Positions 63,192 through 64,000 of a stretch of DNA of 64,000 nucleotides are shown piece by piece. The position numbers were made by a program, and so were the translations under genes. The stretch lies in contig CAVTNR010000012.1 of the NCBI GenBank assembly GCA_963736115.1, forward strand, positions 160,001 to 224,000, given 5' to 3'. This stretch comes from an uncultured bacterium (GTDB lineage Bacteria; Zhuqueibacterota; QNDG01; DTFT01). The notes under the pieces are model-generated. The model was not told the origin of the DNA. It did not search any database and saw only the letters and a list, made by a program, of their open reading frames with translations. The stretch's first letter is position 1. Each line of letters begins with the position of its first letter.

Positions 63192-63911
63192 TCAGAGTTT
63201 CCCCGCCAGGCTCAGAATGCGCAGTTTCCACACCATCCAGGCGGCCTCCCGGACGATGCGCGAACTCATCTTGGAGTAGCCGACGTTGCGGTCGGTGAAG
63301 ACGATTGGAATTTCAATGACACGGAATCCCGCGCGCTTCGCCAGGAAGGTCATCTCGATCTGAAAGGCGTACCCGTCCGAGCGGATCCGGTCGAGCGGAA
63401 TCGCCTCCAGCACGCGCCGGTGAAAGCACTTGTATCCGCCGGTGGCATCCTGGATCGGAAGGCCGGTGACGAACCGGGTGTACCGGTTGGCGAACCAGGA
63501 CAGCAGGAGGCGGGACATCGGCCAGTTGATCACGTTCACGCCCTGGACGTAGCGTGAGCCCAGGACGAGATCCGCGGATTCAGCAGCGGCCAGGAAACGC
63601 GGGATGTCATTGGGATCATGGGAAAAATCGGCGTCCATCTCGAACACCAGGGGGTATCCGCGCTCCAGCGCAAACCGGAACCCCGCCACATAGGCGGTGC
63701 CGAGCCCCTGTTTGCCGGGCCGCGTGATGAGATGCACGCGGCTTTCGGTCCGCATGACCGCCTCGACCGCTGAAGCCGTGCCGTCCGGCGAGCCGTCGTC
63801 CACGACCAGGACCTCGACCGCCGGATGCTGTCCGAGTATCCTGGGAATCAGGGGAACGATGTTGCCGACCTCATTGTAGGTCGGGACGATGATGAGGATG
63901 CGGTCGGGCAT
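63192..63911 (-). CDS. Polyprenol monophosphomannose synthase (DPM1-like GT2)
   Basis: IVPTYNE, VDDGSPDGT, EMDADFSH, GSRY, DATGGYK, GYAFQIE. Confidence 0.9.
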   Translation of the reverse strand: MPDRILIIVPTYNEVGNIVPLIPRILGQHPAVEVLVVDDGSPDGTASAVEAVMRTESRVHLITRPGKQGLGTAYVAGFRFALERGYPLVFEMDADFSHDPNDIPRFLAAAESADLVLGSRYVQGVNVINWPMSRLLLSWFANRYTRFVTGLPIQDATGGYKCFHRRVLEAIPLDRIRSDGYAFQIEMTFLAKRAGFRVIEIPIVFTDRNVGYSKMSSRIVREAAWMVWKLRILSLAGKL

Positions 63912-63949
63912 GCGAGGGGTCCCGGGTTCAGGTTCCTGAATGGCAATGG

Positions 63950-63995
63950 AGTTCATGGTTCATAGTTCATAGTTCATAGTTGACAGAAAAAGAGT
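63950..63995. repeat. (AGTTCAT)n heptamer repeat with GAAAAAGAGT tail
   Basis: AGTTCAT GGTTCAT AGTTCAT AGTTCAT AGTT...GAAAAAGAGT; same tail follows the array at 41406. Confidence 0.8.
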
Positions 63996-64000
63996 CGCCG

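Overview
GC-rich bacterial chromosome segment, probably from a non-Bacteroidetes FCB-type lineage such as KSB1 or Calditrichota. This is inferred from Por/T9SS-like 'NYPNPFNP...K' C-terminal tails occurring together with E. coli-type TTGACA-N17 promoters and Shine-Dalgarno sites. Left to right: (1) a pectin utilisation locus with GH28, GH105, a large secreted beta-helix/2xCBM9-like/CTD protein, a TonB-dependent receptor with no SusD, a divergent membrane-anchored wHTH regulator with phased repeats, and kduD-kduI; (2) MFS transporter, tandem thioredoxin and CCA-type nucleotidyltransferase; (3) a Yip1-TolC-MacA-ABC-2 permease-STAS-pentapeptide operon; (4) fni and a polyprenyl synthase; (5) an sxtI/J/K/L-like carbamoylation module; (6) a YbaL-like antiporter, a REP-flanked GH9 and two tandem CBM9-like-only secreted paralogs; (7) a sigma54 two-component cluster; (8) housekeeping genes (lysA, ctpA, CDF, menA-like, pckG, gdhA, accA, glycosyltransferases). 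Four genes carry frameshifts, most likely sequencing errors. Intergenic DNA contains REP-like palindromes, a MITE-like element and AGTTCAT heptamer repeats. No rRNA, tRNA, CRISPR array or transposase was seen. All assignments come from reading motifs by eye; no searches were run.
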